This document shows, one piece after another, positions 8,201 through 16,867 of a stretch of 56,208 nucleotides of DNA. The notes under the pieces are model-generated. The model had not been told where the DNA came from and did no database searches. It saw only the letters and a program-made list of their open reading frames with translations. The DNA is from a virus. The position numbers and the translations under genes are program-made. Position 1 is the first letter of the stretch, and every line of letters begins with the position of its first letter. The stretch covers positions 1-56,208 of IMG/VR virus record IMGVR_UViG_3300045988_011651; one strand, written 5' to 3'.

Positions 8201-8752
8201 ACCGTAAACGTCAAGAAAGCCGGTGGAACATGGTGGAAAGATGTAAGAAACGAGTGGAATGAAAAAGTTATCAATGCAGGAAGGACATTGAAAATCGGCA
8301 TTTCATTTGCCACAAATGCACTAAAAAACCTCTGGTCTAGTGTATCGACATTCTTTAGCGGAAAAACCGTAAATGTAAAAACGAAAGGTTCTACAACAAA
8401 GAAAGCTGATGGAGGTGTATTCTCTGGTGGAAGTTGGAAGCTGATTAAGAAATACGCAGTCGGTGGATTGCCAAACATGGGGCAGATGTTCGTTGCGAGA
8501 GAAGCGGGTCCGGAACTTGTCGGAACGCTTGGCGGTCATACGGCAGTAATGAATAACGACCAGATTGTATCGTCTGTTTCTTATGGAGTTGCACAGGCTG
8601 TAAAGGAAGTTATTCAGCCGCTTTTAAAGACAAGTGTAGGCAATAATCGACCGATTCAGATTTCGCTTGACGGAAAAGTTATCTTTGATAGCACACGACA
8701 AAGCGCGCAAGAATACTTTAACCGCACCGGAATGTCGCCATTTCCGGTATAG
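5222..8752 (+). CDS. tail tape measure protein
   Basis: 1176 aa. Core region typical of TP901-type TMPs (FASRFQAMGTAL...LAGDMASFYDVSQEDIAKSLQSVFSGTTAPMRRYGIDL). TM segment, Gly/Ser linker and Trp-rich repeats. Position after G/GT. Confidence 0.9.
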   Translation: MELESLEIKIQAQAQQASGQIDALVTRLGRLSSALSGLSTGNLNSLSTGVNRLAGAMTAMRGIDTRTFSAVARNVSKLGSINSKQINAAAGSMRQISNAVKGISGMSASVKGLTDLASAIKQLGYQSSTKAIENIPKLATAMRQLMSELSKAPSVSRNIIDMTNALAKLSRTGGAAGTAAKSITSSFSGFSSGASAVTKKSFSLASAIGKVYATYWALFRGFRLLGDAIDISSSLTEVENVVRQTFGQYENLINNFAKTSIEKFGMSELSAKQFASRFQAMGTALDIPQGKMAKMSIRLTELAGDMASFYDVSQEDIAKSLQSVFSGTTAPMRRYGIDLTQATLKEWALKQGLDANISSMTQAEKAMLRYQYVLAHTTNITGDFARTADTWHNQITMLKENFKALGAVVGGGLINAFKPFIKVLNAVLQKVIAFAEMVTNALGSIFGWKYEASKGAGISGLADDIGSASDGMDDLSDAAGSAGKNTGGIAKNAKKAKKEIQQATRAFDELKVISKQSKDNTSGSGNKGSGSGSGSGSGGGTGADGGLVQTDTIFKKFKSDIKDLEGLGIEIRKALVKAVGGIEWDKIYAKASGFGKGLAEFLNGLFSEDKKGNSVFTATADVIAGALNTAIFASKGFTDKFKFKTFGKNVAHGFNRFFKKFKWKQCAEAINGWVDGFWKFVRGFFDDLSWKDIFNGLKTFLTNLSPTTIATIIGARAFSRLGKNFYKLIKSAITKNLDKKLSKAITKKLSLVKLGGGIAGTLATGFVIAATITVAVQFSKDFKEWIGNIKKYGWVEGRKKTARDNKANPYNNGRAVSIEDRKNAANKNKANPYDANSAKSHKTLEFQAKIKTTASELWKKLKSDWDKIKNKYADFKARVKDNAKEWWENTKEYWSKKVGKVKEFTTDVKDSAKEWWSNTKKYWGQKVGQVKKFTTAVQNDASKWWSNTKKYWAEKVGKVKEFNTGVKNKAGEWWSNVKKWWESTTAGKEVKRFTVNVKKAGGTWWKDVRNEWNEKVINAGRTLKIGISFATNALKNLWSSVSTFFSGKTVNVKTKGSTTKKADGGVFSGGSWKLIKKYAVGGLPNMGQMFVAREAGPELVGTLGGHTAVMNNDQIVSSVSYGVAQAVKEVIQPLLKTSVGNNRPIQISLDGKVIFDSTRQSAQEYFNRTGMSPFPV
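7781..8305 (+). repeat. six tandem 87-nt (29-aa) Trp-rich coding repeats inside the tape measure gene
   Basis: Repeat starts at 7781, 7868, 7955, 8042, 8129 and 8219. Consensus A.EWWSNTKKYW..KVGKVKEFTT.VK. A (GGTTCT)n Gly-Ser tract also lies at about 6800-6840. Confidence 0.85.
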
Positions 8753-8816
8753 TGACAAACTCCTATACTTGTGGTATATTGATATGTATATATTACAAGC
8801 AAGGAGGAATTTGATC

Positions 8817-9518
8817 ATGAAACAAAGTGGATGGGGAATCGCGTCTTTAGTGTGCGGAATAGCAGGCGTTTTGTTAGCGTGTGTTGCGATAGGTGCAGTT
8901 CCGGCAATAATTGGTCTCGTATGTGCAATAATTGCACTTACGCAAAAAGGGAAAGGGCATGGAACTGCAATTGCAGGTCTGATTTGTTCAATAGTTGCGA
9001 TAATTATTTTTATTTTTGCGTCACTTATATTTGACGGAAATGATTCAGACCAACCTAAAAAAGTATCATCAAATGAAGAAACGCAAATTCAATCCACGGA
9101 AAACCATTCGACAGAAACTGCAACGGAAGAAAAGGTTAATGAACCTTTTAAAGTTGGAGATACTGTTGAGACGGAAGATTTGAGGATTACGTTTTTGAAA
9201 GCTGAACCGTTTAAAAATGAATATGATGAAGCAGAAAAGGGAAATGAGTATTACAAATTTGAGCTTGAATTTGTAAATATATCTGATTCTGACCAATATA
9301 TTTCTTCGACTGATTTTAATTGTTACGCAGATGGGTATGATTGTGAAATGACATATGCCGATGAAGGAAAAGCTCTCGATGCAACATTGTCTCCAGGAAA
9401 GAAAACAAAGGGAATTGTTTGTTTTGAAGTTCCGAAAAATTTTAAAGATATTTCACTCGAATATGAAACTGATTTTTGGGATGAATCAAAAGTTTGTTTC
9501 GAAGTGAAAAATAAATGA
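8817..9518 (+). CDS. membrane protein: N-terminal multi-TM (DUF4190-like) plus extracellular beta-sandwich (DUF4352-like); moron
   Basis: In-frame ATG 8817 behind AAGGAGG. GIASLVCGIAGVLLACVAIGAVPAIIGLVCAIIAL... then an acidic linker and a domain ending GIVCFEVPKNFKDISLEY. Confidence 0.6.
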   Translation: MKQSGWGIASLVCGIAGVLLACVAIGAVPAIIGLVCAIIALTQKGKGHGTAIAGLICSIVAIIIFIFASLIFDGNDSDQPKKVSSNEETQIQSTENHSTETATEEKVNEPFKVGDTVETEDLRITFLKAEPFKNEYDEAEKGNEYYKFELEFVNISDSDQYISSTDFNCYADGYDCEMTYADEGKALDATLSPGKKTKGIVCFEVPKNFKDISLEYETDFWDESKVCFEVKNK

Positions 9519-9559
9519 TTACAAACAAGAGTGCATTGTTCACCGGAAAGGGGTTTCAT

Positions 9560-10474
9560 ATGAAAAGGGTTAAGAAAATTTTTGCAGTAGCGGCATTATC
9601 GCTTTCAATGCTGGCAACAAGCGTAGCAGCACAGAACATTGTTGGAGTACAGGAAACTTTGCAGGCGGAAACTATTAAATTAAGCAGAAAGACTCTTAAT
9701 TTAAAAATTGGAGAATCCGCAACATTAAAGATAAGCGGAATGAGGAAAACTGCTAAATGGAGTAGTGGCAATAAATATGTTGCTTCTGTAAATAAGTCTG
9801 GAAAGGTTCTGGCGGTTGGAGAAGGAACAACGTACGTAAAAGCAAAAATTGCAAAGAAAACGCTTTCTTGCAAAGTTACCGTCACTTCTTCCTTTAATGC
9901 GAACAAGGTAAAGAAAAACATCTCAATTGAATACCAAGATAGTGGTCATGGAGTTGTTGCTATCTTGAAAAACAACAACAAGGTAAATGTTGATCTGGAC
10001 GCAAAACTTGTATACTACAAAAACGGTAAAATGCTGGATAGCAAAAGCGATTGTAACAGAGCTTTTGAATCCGGTAAGGAATGTGTTCTTTATTTTGACG
10101 CACCGAGCGACTCTGATTATAACGATGTTTCTTACGATAACTATAAAATGTCGTTGAGTGTTGATGAAGCAACAAATGCTGTTTGTGATGTTCGCAATAT
10201 AATGGTTCAATCGGACATTGGAGCAGATAATGTTACGGTTGAAGCTACAAACGATTCCGGAAAAGATTTTTCATTTGTGAAAATTTCTTGCGTAATGTAT
10301 GATGCATCTGGCAACTTGATCAAATATGATTATCATTATGCAGAATGTGAAAAGAATGGAGATACAGATTATTTTTCATTTAGTTTTCCGTACGATTCAA
10401 ATTACGATACGATCTATCCGAGCAGTTATAAGATATATGTTGATGAAGCATATACATATACTTGGTTACAGTAA
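9560..10474 (+). CDS. secreted protein: signal peptide, Big_2-type Ig domain, two beta-sandwich repeats; moron
   Basis: In-frame ATG 9560. MKRVKKIFAVAALSLSMLATSVAA signal. LNLKIGESATLKISG...WSSGNKYVASVNKSGKVLAVGEGTTYVKAK is Big_2-like. Confidence 0.6.
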   Translation: MKRVKKIFAVAALSLSMLATSVAAQNIVGVQETLQAETIKLSRKTLNLKIGESATLKISGMRKTAKWSSGNKYVASVNKSGKVLAVGEGTTYVKAKIAKKTLSCKVTVTSSFNANKVKKNISIEYQDSGHGVVAILKNNNKVNVDLDAKLVYYKNGKMLDSKSDCNRAFESGKECVLYFDAPSDSDYNDVSYDNYKMSLSVDEATNAVCDVRNIMVQSDIGADNVTVEATNDSGKDFSFVKISCVMYDASGNLIKYDYHYAECEKNGDTDYFSFSFPYDSNYDTIYPSSYKIYVDEAYTYTWLQ

Positions 10475-10497
10475 AAATTGAAAGATAAATGATACTT

Positions 10498-10523
10498 AAG
10501 CCGTGGAAACACGGCTTATTTTA
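10498..10523 (+). terminator. rho-independent terminator
   Basis: AAGCCGTG-gaaa-CACGGCTT followed by ATTTTAATT. Confidence 0.75.
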
Positions 10524-10537
10524 ATTCCAAAATCGGA

Positions 10538-10566
10538 TTGACACAAAATCAAAAATAGTCTATCCT
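10538..10566 (+). promoter_or_regulatory. sigma-70-like promoter (TTGACA-17-TATCCT)
   Basis: Read directly. It lies 140 nt upstream of the Bro-N gene. Confidence 0.45.
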
Positions 10567-10633
10567 TATTACTAAGGAAACAAACTTATCCGTGAAGATG
10601 CGGATTACTTACTTGAACGCCATACTGTACGAA

Positions 10634-10679
10634 AGAGGAAACCAATGTGATTTCACAAGTGGCTTCCTCTTTTTTATTC
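10634..10679 (+). terminator. terminator-like hairpin in the leader of the Bro-N gene (attenuator or small RNA 3' end)
   Basis: AGAGGAAACC...GGCTTCCTCT (one mismatch, inner GTGA/TCAC stem) followed by TTTTTTATT. It lies about 95 nt after the promoter and 30 nt before the ATG. Confidence 0.5.
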
Positions 10680-10707
10680 AGATAAAAATGTATGGAGGTA
10701 GACACGA

Positions 10708-11568
10708 ATGAAAAAATCACAACTTATGCTTAAGATTCAAAACAGCATTGAGGTATTTGAGAATCCAATATTCGGACAGATCAGAATGGTCATGGTCGAT
10801 GATGAACCATGGTTTGTTGGAAAGGATATATGCGAAGTATTTGGAGATACGAATTACAGAAGAAGCCTTTCAAATATTGATGATTCTGATAAGGGTGTGT
10901 CACAAATTGATACTCCCGGTGGAAAACAAAGAATGACGGTTGTTAATGAAAGCGGTTTGTATTCCTTGCTCTTTCAGATGCAACCACAGAAAGCAAAGGG
11001 TGTGTCACAAAACGACTCCCTTATAAACGAAAGAAAAGAAAAACTTCATAAGTTCAAACGTTGGGTAACATCCGAGGTTCTCCCTACAATCCGTAAAACA
11101 GGTGGGTATGTCAATAATGATGAATTATTTATTTCTACTTACCTACCATATGCAGATGAAAACACTAAACTGATATTTTCACAGACATTAAAAACTGTTA
11201 GAGAGCAGAACGAAACCATTAAAAGACAGCAGAAAGAAATCATCCATAAGGAAGATGTTATTATCGGACTCGTTGATGATATTGACTTGGCAACCAAGAG
11301 ACAGCGGATAACGCAGATTGTCCGTTTCGGTGCCGATGGAAAGTATCAAGAACGCTATTCGTTGCTTTATGGAGAATTTGAAAGGAAATATCACTGCAAC
11401 CTTAAATCAAGGATGGAAGGGTGCGCACTCAAGCCAAAAGTAAGAAACAAGATGGATTATATCGACAGGGAAATGGGAATGATTCCGCAGTTGTACGAAA
11501 TCGCTTGCAAACTTTTTGAAAACGATGTAGAAAAGCTGAAATCTGAATGGGAATCAGTAGTAGCTTAA
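10708..11568 (+). CDS. Bro-N domain antirepressor-type protein
   Basis: VFENPIFGQIRMVMVDDEPWFVGKDICEVFG...ESGLYSLLF is a classic Bro-N/KilA-like N-terminal domain. Own promoter and terminator. Confidence 0.7.
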   Translation: MKKSQLMLKIQNSIEVFENPIFGQIRMVMVDDEPWFVGKDICEVFGDTNYRRSLSNIDDSDKGVSQIDTPGGKQRMTVVNESGLYSLLFQMQPQKAKGVSQNDSLINERKEKLHKFKRWVTSEVLPTIRKTGGYVNNDELFISTYLPYADENTKLIFSQTLKTVREQNETIKRQQKEIIHKEDVIIGLVDDIDLATKRQRITQIVRFGADGKYQERYSLLYGEFERKYHCNLKSRMEGCALKPKVRNKMDYIDREMGMIPQLYEIACKLFENDVEKLKSEWESVVA

Positions 11569-11584
11569 AATTTAATCAAATGGA

Positions 11585-11615
11585 TAGCATCTACCAAAAG
11601 GTAGGTGCTATTTTT
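11585..11615 (+). terminator. rho-independent terminator
   Basis: TAGCATCTACC-aaaa-GGTAGGTGCTA followed by TTTTT. Confidence 0.75.
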
Positions 11616-11639
11616 ATACCCATTTTTAGGAGGTAAACG

Positions 11640-12056
11640 ATGGGATATGGCGGATATTTAGTAAAGTTTGGCAATTATACCATCCCAAACAATTTAATAA
11701 AGCAGGACACGTTTAGTTCCTATGTAAACATGCAGGATAAAGACCCTTGGACGGATGAAAACGGATATGAGCATCGTGATGCCGTGGAACTGAAAGCCTT
11801 AAAGGTTGAGTTTGAAACCAAAGCCATGTTGACCGAAAAGCAGTTTGATGATTTTTGGAAGAATATTGAAAAGAACTATACCAAGGCAAAGGAGCGCGGC
11901 GGCTATATCACGGCATACGTGCCAGAGAAACGCGGGTATGTGACACAGTACGGATATATCGCTGATATTCAGCCTACGTTCTATTCTGTGGCACATGGGA
12001 AGATAAAATATGACCCAATCAAATTTTCGTTTGTAGGTGGTGTGTATGATAAATAG
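11640..12056 (+). CDS. distal tail protein (Dit-like), putative
   Basis: 138 aa behind AGGAGG. It is the first structural gene after the moron island and directly upstream of the large tail-tip/fibre gene. Confidence 0.4.
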   Translation: MGYGGYLVKFGNYTIPNNLIKQDTFSSYVNMQDKDPWTDENGYEHRDAVELKALKVEFETKAMLTEKQFDDFWKNIEKNYTKAKERGGYITAYVPEKRGYVTQYGYIADIQPTFYSVAHGKIKYDPIKFSFVGGVYDK

Positions 12057-14283
12057 CAGTTTGAAAGAAAAGTATTGGGATTCCTCGACAGATAAACAGA
12101 TGGTCATATCTGTTGTTGGAACGAATCAGAAAATAGACAATTCGATGCTTGAAATCGGTACGTTTGCGCTCGAAGAAAGTCTTTGCTCAGAGTCTGAATT
12201 AAAGTTTGGAGCGTGCGAAGCAAATTGCGTAAAATTCACGGCACGAAACACCGCAGGAAACATTATTGGAAAGACAATCTCTATCGAAGAAACGATTGAC
12301 GGAGATAGCAAAAATCCGATGCCATACGGAGTTTTTAAGGTTGCATCCGATGTTCCTACGGCTGACCGTACAAAACGGCAGATTACGGCATATGACGCGA
12401 TGTACGACATTATCAATACGGATGTAAAATCTTGGTATGCAGGACTTAGCTTTCCAATGACACTTAAACAGTTCCGTAATAGCTTTTTTGCACATCTTGG
12501 AATTTCGCAAGTTGAAACAAGCCTTGTCAATGATTCCATGACGGTCAATAAGACGCTTGTAGCCACACAGACGGACGATTCAAGTGCAGTCACAGAAGAA
12601 TCCGCTATCAGCGGAAAAACCGTTGTAACGGCAATATGCGAGATTAACGGATGCTTTGGAAATATCAACCGACAGGGCAAGTTTGAATATGTCTTTCTAA
12701 AAGCAATCATAAGCGCACTTTATCCGGCAGAAGATTTGTTTCCGTCTGACAATTTATTTCCGTCTGATGCAAATACAGAGTCCATGACCGGACACTATAT
12801 CACGTTTGATTACGAGGACTTCCAAAGCAAGGAAATCACACAGCTAGAAATCAAGACAAGCGAAGATAACGCTGGTGCTATTGTTGGAACTGCCGGAAAC
12901 AACTATTCGATTACAGGAAACTTTCTTGTATCAGACAAGACCGGAGCGGAGCTGGAGCAGATTGCAAATAACCTATTGCCGATTATGGCAAAAGCAGAAT
13001 ACACACCGATCAAAAGTTGCACTTGTGTCGGAAATCCATGTCTGACACTTGGAGAACCTATCCGGTTCAATACCACAAGAGAGATTGTCGAAACGTATCT
13101 ATTGCAACGCACTTTAACCGGAGTGCAAAGCAAGCGAGATTCAATCTCGGCACAGGGAACGCAGACGCACTCTGCAAAGGTCAATTCTATCAGAGACACG
13201 ATTGAAAGCGTGGAAAGACGTACCGGAAAGCTAGAGAGGAACGCAGACCATCTTCAATCCACGTATGAGGATTTAGAGGAACAGACAAATACCAAGTTTG
13301 AGCAGACCGCAAAAAGCATTTCTGCAGAAGTCAACCGCGCACAAAAAGCAGAGGGACAATTAGACGCATCATTGGAATTGAAACTTGGAAGAGATGAAAA
13401 CGACCAAGTCGTTTCGATGATTAATGCAAGTGCCGACCAGATTACGCTTAGCGGAAACAGACTCATAGTCAACAGCAATAACTTCCAGCTTGATGGCGAT
13501 GGCCGAGTGTCAATCGTTGATTCATTGAACTTTATTGCAACGTCACAAGGAGATGACCTTGTAATTATTGGTCTCGATGCAAGAGGAAGGCCAATGCTGC
13601 AGAACATACGCATCGATCTAAACTCTGTAACAGATCAAGATGGTGTAGCCATAGGGGATCATGCTAGCACTGCTGACTCCGCAACAAATGCCGATTATGC
13701 TACAACTGCAGGAAGCGCAACACAGTGCATAAAAGCATCTACTGCGTATTATTTGCAAGGTATTACAGTTAATGAGCATGTGCGAATTTCCGACAATGGA
13801 AATTTAATTCCAAGTTCTAGTTCTGTGTATTGCGGAACTACAGTCAATCCATTTGCCGGAGGGTATTCTTCCGGTGGTTGGAAAACAACGTCTGACCGTA
13901 GAAAGAAAAAAGATTTCCGGAAACTGTTAGAGGATGATCGGTTTGAGAGATTTTTCGAGTTGTTACAACCGATGGAATATAGGCTCATAGAAAATGATGA
14001 TAAAATGCACATGGGATTTGTTGCACAGGATGTCGAACAGGCAATGAAATGTTGTGACATATCTGAAAATGAGTTTTACGGACTAGAACATGCGGTATTC
14101 TCCGAAAAAGATTTTGAATCTAATGAGGAATGGGAAAAATTCTTAAAGCAGAATGGTGGCGCAAATGATATGTATACATTGTGCTATCAAGAGTTTATTG
14201 CGCTTAACACTGCCATGATACAGAAACTGCAGAACAGGTGTAACGATTTTGAACGCAGACTATCCGCATTAGAAAGGAAGTGA
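12037..14283 (+). CDS. tail-tip / fibre protein with C-terminal S74-type intramolecular chaperone domain
   Basis: 748 aa with a central coiled coil. The C-terminus TSDRRKKKDF...MGFVAQDVEQAM...YQEFIALNTAMIQKLQ matches the self-cleaving endosialidase chaperone domain. An alternative start is ATG 12046. Confidence 0.75.
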   Translation: MVCMINSSLKEKYWDSSTDKQMVISVVGTNQKIDNSMLEIGTFALEESLCSESELKFGACEANCVKFTARNTAGNIIGKTISIEETIDGDSKNPMPYGVFKVASDVPTADRTKRQITAYDAMYDIINTDVKSWYAGLSFPMTLKQFRNSFFAHLGISQVETSLVNDSMTVNKTLVATQTDDSSAVTEESAISGKTVVTAICEINGCFGNINRQGKFEYVFLKAIISALYPAEDLFPSDNLFPSDANTESMTGHYITFDYEDFQSKEITQLEIKTSEDNAGAIVGTAGNNYSITGNFLVSDKTGAELEQIANNLLPIMAKAEYTPIKSCTCVGNPCLTLGEPIRFNTTREIVETYLLQRTLTGVQSKRDSISAQGTQTHSAKVNSIRDTIESVERRTGKLERNADHLQSTYEDLEEQTNTKFEQTAKSISAEVNRAQKAEGQLDASLELKLGRDENDQVVSMINASADQITLSGNRLIVNSNNFQLDGDGRVSIVDSLNFIATSQGDDLVIIGLDARGRPMLQNIRIDLNSVTDQDGVAIGDHASTADSATNADYATTAGSATQCIKASTAYYLQGITVNEHVRISDNGNLIPSSSSVYCGTTVNPFAGGYSSGGWKTTSDRRKKKDFRKLLEDDRFERFFELLQPMEYRLIENDDKMHMGFVAQDVEQAMKCCDISENEFYGLEHAVFSEKDFESNEEWEKFLKQNGGANDMYTLCYQEFIALNTAMIQKLQNRCNDFERRLSALERK

Positions 14284-14287
14284 TTAG

Positions 14288-15025
14288 ATGGCATATCAGA
14301 AAATCTATAGCCGCGAATATTGGGAAAACCTTCCAAGCGAAAAGACCGCAATTAATCGAAATAGGCTGAACAACATAGAGAGCGGCATTGATGCAATCGA
14401 CGATCGTGTGTGCGCACTCGACACCACGAAAGTTGACTTGACCAAGGCTAACGAACTTGTAAAGGAAATCCTTTGGGATGAATCCAACGGTACGCTGACT
14501 GTGGTAAAGATGAATGGTTCCAAGGCCGTTATTGATACCAAGTTGGAGAAGCTGGCAGTCAACTTCAAGTATGATCCGGAAAGTCAGCAGTTGGTAATCA
14601 CGCTTGACGATGGCACGGCGCAGAACGTGGACTTATCCGCGCTGATCACGCAGTATGAGTTCTTGGATTCTGATACAATCGCATTTGCAATCGGAAGTGA
14701 CGGTAAGGTGTCCGCAATCGTGAAAGAGGGAAGTATCCAAGAAAAACACTTGCGCCCGGATTACCTTGCAGACATTAAGGTTGAATCTGCCAAGGCTGTA
14801 AATTCTGCCACCAATGCAAAGGCATCCGAAACCAATGCTGCAAAATCCGCCACAGATGCCAAGGACAGCGCAGACCGATCGCAGGAAATCGAAAACGAGA
14901 TTAACAAGAAACTCACAATGACAGAATTTGATGTGAATGAGGATGGGGAGTTGATTTACACTGACAATGCGGCATATAACTTTGTCGTTGATGATGACGG
15001 AAATTTAAATTGGGAGGTGGCTTAA
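14288..15025 (+). CDS. tail fibre protein (putative)
   Basis: The N-terminus YWENLPSEKTAINRNRLNNIESGIDAID is typical of Firmicutes phage fibre proteins. Ala/Ser-rich coiled segment. Confidence 0.5.
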   Translation: MAYQKIYSREYWENLPSEKTAINRNRLNNIESGIDAIDDRVCALDTTKVDLTKANELVKEILWDESNGTLTVVKMNGSKAVIDTKLEKLAVNFKYDPESQQLVITLDDGTAQNVDLSALITQYEFLDSDTIAFAIGSDGKVSAIVKEGSIQEKHLRPDYLADIKVESAKAVNSATNAKASETNAAKSATDAKDSADRSQEIENEINKKLTMTEFDVNEDGELIYTDNAAYNFVVDDDGNLNWEVA

Positions 15026-16006
15026 ATGGCTATAGCAGGAAGAGTGGCAATTGTGCCAAAGGGCGATTGGAGCGCAGATGCTACATATAAGAGATTGGAT
15101 GCAGTAACTTATAATAACACATTGTATTTTGCGAAAAAAGAAGTTCCGGCAGGAACGGCAACGAGCAATACGGAATACTGGTCTAAGTCTATCGTGGGCG
15201 GTGCTAGTGCGATTGCAACAACAGAGGATGCCGGAGTTGTAAAGCCGGACGGAAAAAGCATGAGCGTAGATGAAAGTGGAACGCTTAGTATTAACTTGGA
15301 TGGCACCACAATTACATTGGACGAAGCGAAAAACGTCATAAAGTTGGCAGATACCTTAAAGGATAAAATCGGAAGCGCACTGCAACCTGAAAGCATCGTC
15401 AACAACCAGACAACTACAGAAGAAGGCTTCGTCTTAGACGCAAGACAGGCCAATCCTAACGTGGATGGAACATTGGCTAAATTGCTAAGTGATGTGAATG
15501 GAAATTTAAACACTGCATTTTATGCTCTTAAAGAGACAAAAGATGCAAACGATGCTGAACCTGGAATCTCACGTATGCCACCGAACAGCAATTATGATAC
15601 TTCGACACATAATCCATTCCCAAATTTCCACACTATATTTTTAACAATTCCATTTGTTGAACTAAGTGGTAAGTATTCAATTCAATTAGGAATGTCTATT
15701 GCTGCTCAATATCATGGAAAGTTAGCGGTTCGTACCAAAGATAGCGATAACTGGAGCGAATGGACAATATTAAGCGATTTATCTGACAGTTTCAATAGCT
15801 TTGCACCACGAGCCGGACTTGTATATGATGGCACAATAAATACTGCAACAATTGTGTTCTACAAATATTCAGATGAGAATTGGGCTGGAATTGGAGTCAA
15901 AAGCGATGGAACAACTGTTCTTAGAATTGGGGTAAGCAACGAATCCAAAATAGAGTATGCGTTCGGTCTTGACGGATACATTTATGCAAATACTCGAAGA
16001 ATATAA
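15026..16006 (+). CDS. tail fibre / receptor-binding protein (putative)
   Basis: PKGDWSADATYKRLDAVTYNNTLYFAKK repeat motif common in fibre tips. Start codon immediately follows the stop of the upstream fibre gene. Confidence 0.5.
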   Translation: MAIAGRVAIVPKGDWSADATYKRLDAVTYNNTLYFAKKEVPAGTATSNTEYWSKSIVGGASAIATTEDAGVVKPDGKSMSVDESGTLSINLDGTTITLDEAKNVIKLADTLKDKIGSALQPESIVNNQTTTEEGFVLDARQANPNVDGTLAKLLSDVNGNLNTAFYALKETKDANDAEPGISRMPPNSNYDTSTHNPFPNFHTIFLTIPFVELSGKYSIQLGMSIAAQYHGKLAVRTKDSDNWSEWTILSDLSDSFNSFAPRAGLVYDGTINTATIVFYKYSDENWAGIGVKSDGTTVLRIGVSNESKIEYAFGLDGYIYANTRRI

Positions 16007-16028
16007 CACATAAAGAAAGGAAGATATT

Positions 16029-16409
16029 ATGGATAAGATTATTTTAGCTAACAAAACTGAATTTGAGATTGCTGATGGAGCGAGTCTTGGAAACATCCAG
16101 ATCCAGTCCCAAAATTTTGACGGGATTAAAACGATCACGGACGCTTTTGCAGAGAACAACCTTGCGGAAGTAACATTTACGCATAATGGCGAAACATCCG
16201 GCAAATACACCGATCTGAAATCCGATGGGTTTACATATATGCCGAACGTGGGAGAAGATGGCGCAGAAGATGGTACATATACCGTAACGGTAAGACTTAG
16301 AACAAAGACGGAAATGGAAAGAGCAATTGATGAACTTAAAGCAGGGCATGAATCAAACGCAGAAGCAATCGAAGAACTGGCAAGCATTGCCGCAGAAAGT
16401 GAGGTGTAG
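16029..16409 (+). CDS. hypothetical protein (XkdW-position)
   Basis: 126 aa with an RBS. It follows the fibre genes. Confidence 0.5.
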   Translation: MDKIILANKTEFEIADGASLGNIQIQSQNFDGIKTITDAFAENNLAEVTFTHNGETSGKYTDLKSDGFTYMPNVGEDGAEDGTYTVTVRLRTKTEMERAIDELKAGHESNAEAIEELASIAAESEV

Positions 16410-16412
16410 GAT

Positions 16413-16538
16413 ATGGTTAAATTCTACGTGAGACGTATTCTGGTAGACAAGAAGATGACAATTGATGAAGTGCCGATGCGTTGGCGCGCAAAAGTGCAAG
16501 AAGAGATTGAGAAACAGCTCTCCGCTTCTCTGCAATGA
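16413..16538 (+). CDS. XkdX-like small protein (41 aa, below the ORF-track cutoff)
   Basis: MVKFYVRRILVDKKMTIDEVPMRWRAKVQEEIEKQLSASLQ. The ATG is 4 nt after the upstream stop. Size, position and the '...T.DEVP..' motif resemble XkdX-family proteins. Confidence 0.45.
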   Translation: MVKFYVRRILVDKKMTIDEVPMRWRAKVQEEIEKQLSASLQ

Positions 16539-16672
16539 CATTTTCTGTCGAAACTTGCGACCGAAAAATGTTGAAATCATGCATATTACAGTGATACTAT
16601 GGGCTTGTCCGAAAGGACGCTTCAAGTTCTGGTGGGGGCAAGGCTTGGCATTGTCTTGCCCTCAAATTATCG

Positions 16673-16701
16673 TTGACTATACAGAACGTATGTTCTATAA
16701 T
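16673..16701 (+). promoter_or_regulatory. near-consensus promoter TTGACT-17-TATAAT
   Basis: Read directly. It is preceded by the hairpin GGGCAAG-N12-CTTGCCC (16636..16661). Confidence 0.6.
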
Positions 16702-16745
16702 AATTGTCGAGGGTAGTTAGCATTTGAATCGAAAGGGTGGGAGCG

Positions 16746-16862
16746 ATGGATAACAACGAAAACGAGTATTACAAAAGCAAAATCATTGAATTGATTGAAA
16801 AATGCGACAATACTAGATGGCTTCGAGCCATATACGTATTTGTAAAAGAACTGTTAAAATAA
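16746..16862 (+). CDS. 38-aa hypothetical protein
   Basis: MDNNENEYYKSKIIELIEKCDNTRWLRAIYVFVKELLK behind AAGGGTGGGAG. It lies between the promoter and the terminator. Confidence 0.4.
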   Translation: MDNNENEYYKSKIIELIEKCDNTRWLRAIYVFVKELLK

Positions 16863-16867
16863 GAAGA

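Noticed and set aside
6784-8305. Short tandem repeats (GGTTCT units; 87-nt units) considered as a possible CRISPR array or non-coding repeat.
   Set aside because: They are in frame within the TMP gene, have no unique spacers of constant length, and encode Gly-Ser and Trp-rich peptide repeats.
5278-8539. Many minus-strand ORFs (64-193 aa) and one + strand ORF in an alternative frame, all inside the tape measure gene.
   Set aside because: The 1176-aa + strand ORF has clear TMP motifs. The overlapping ORFs are low-complexity products of the Lys/Gly/Ser/Trp repeat DNA.
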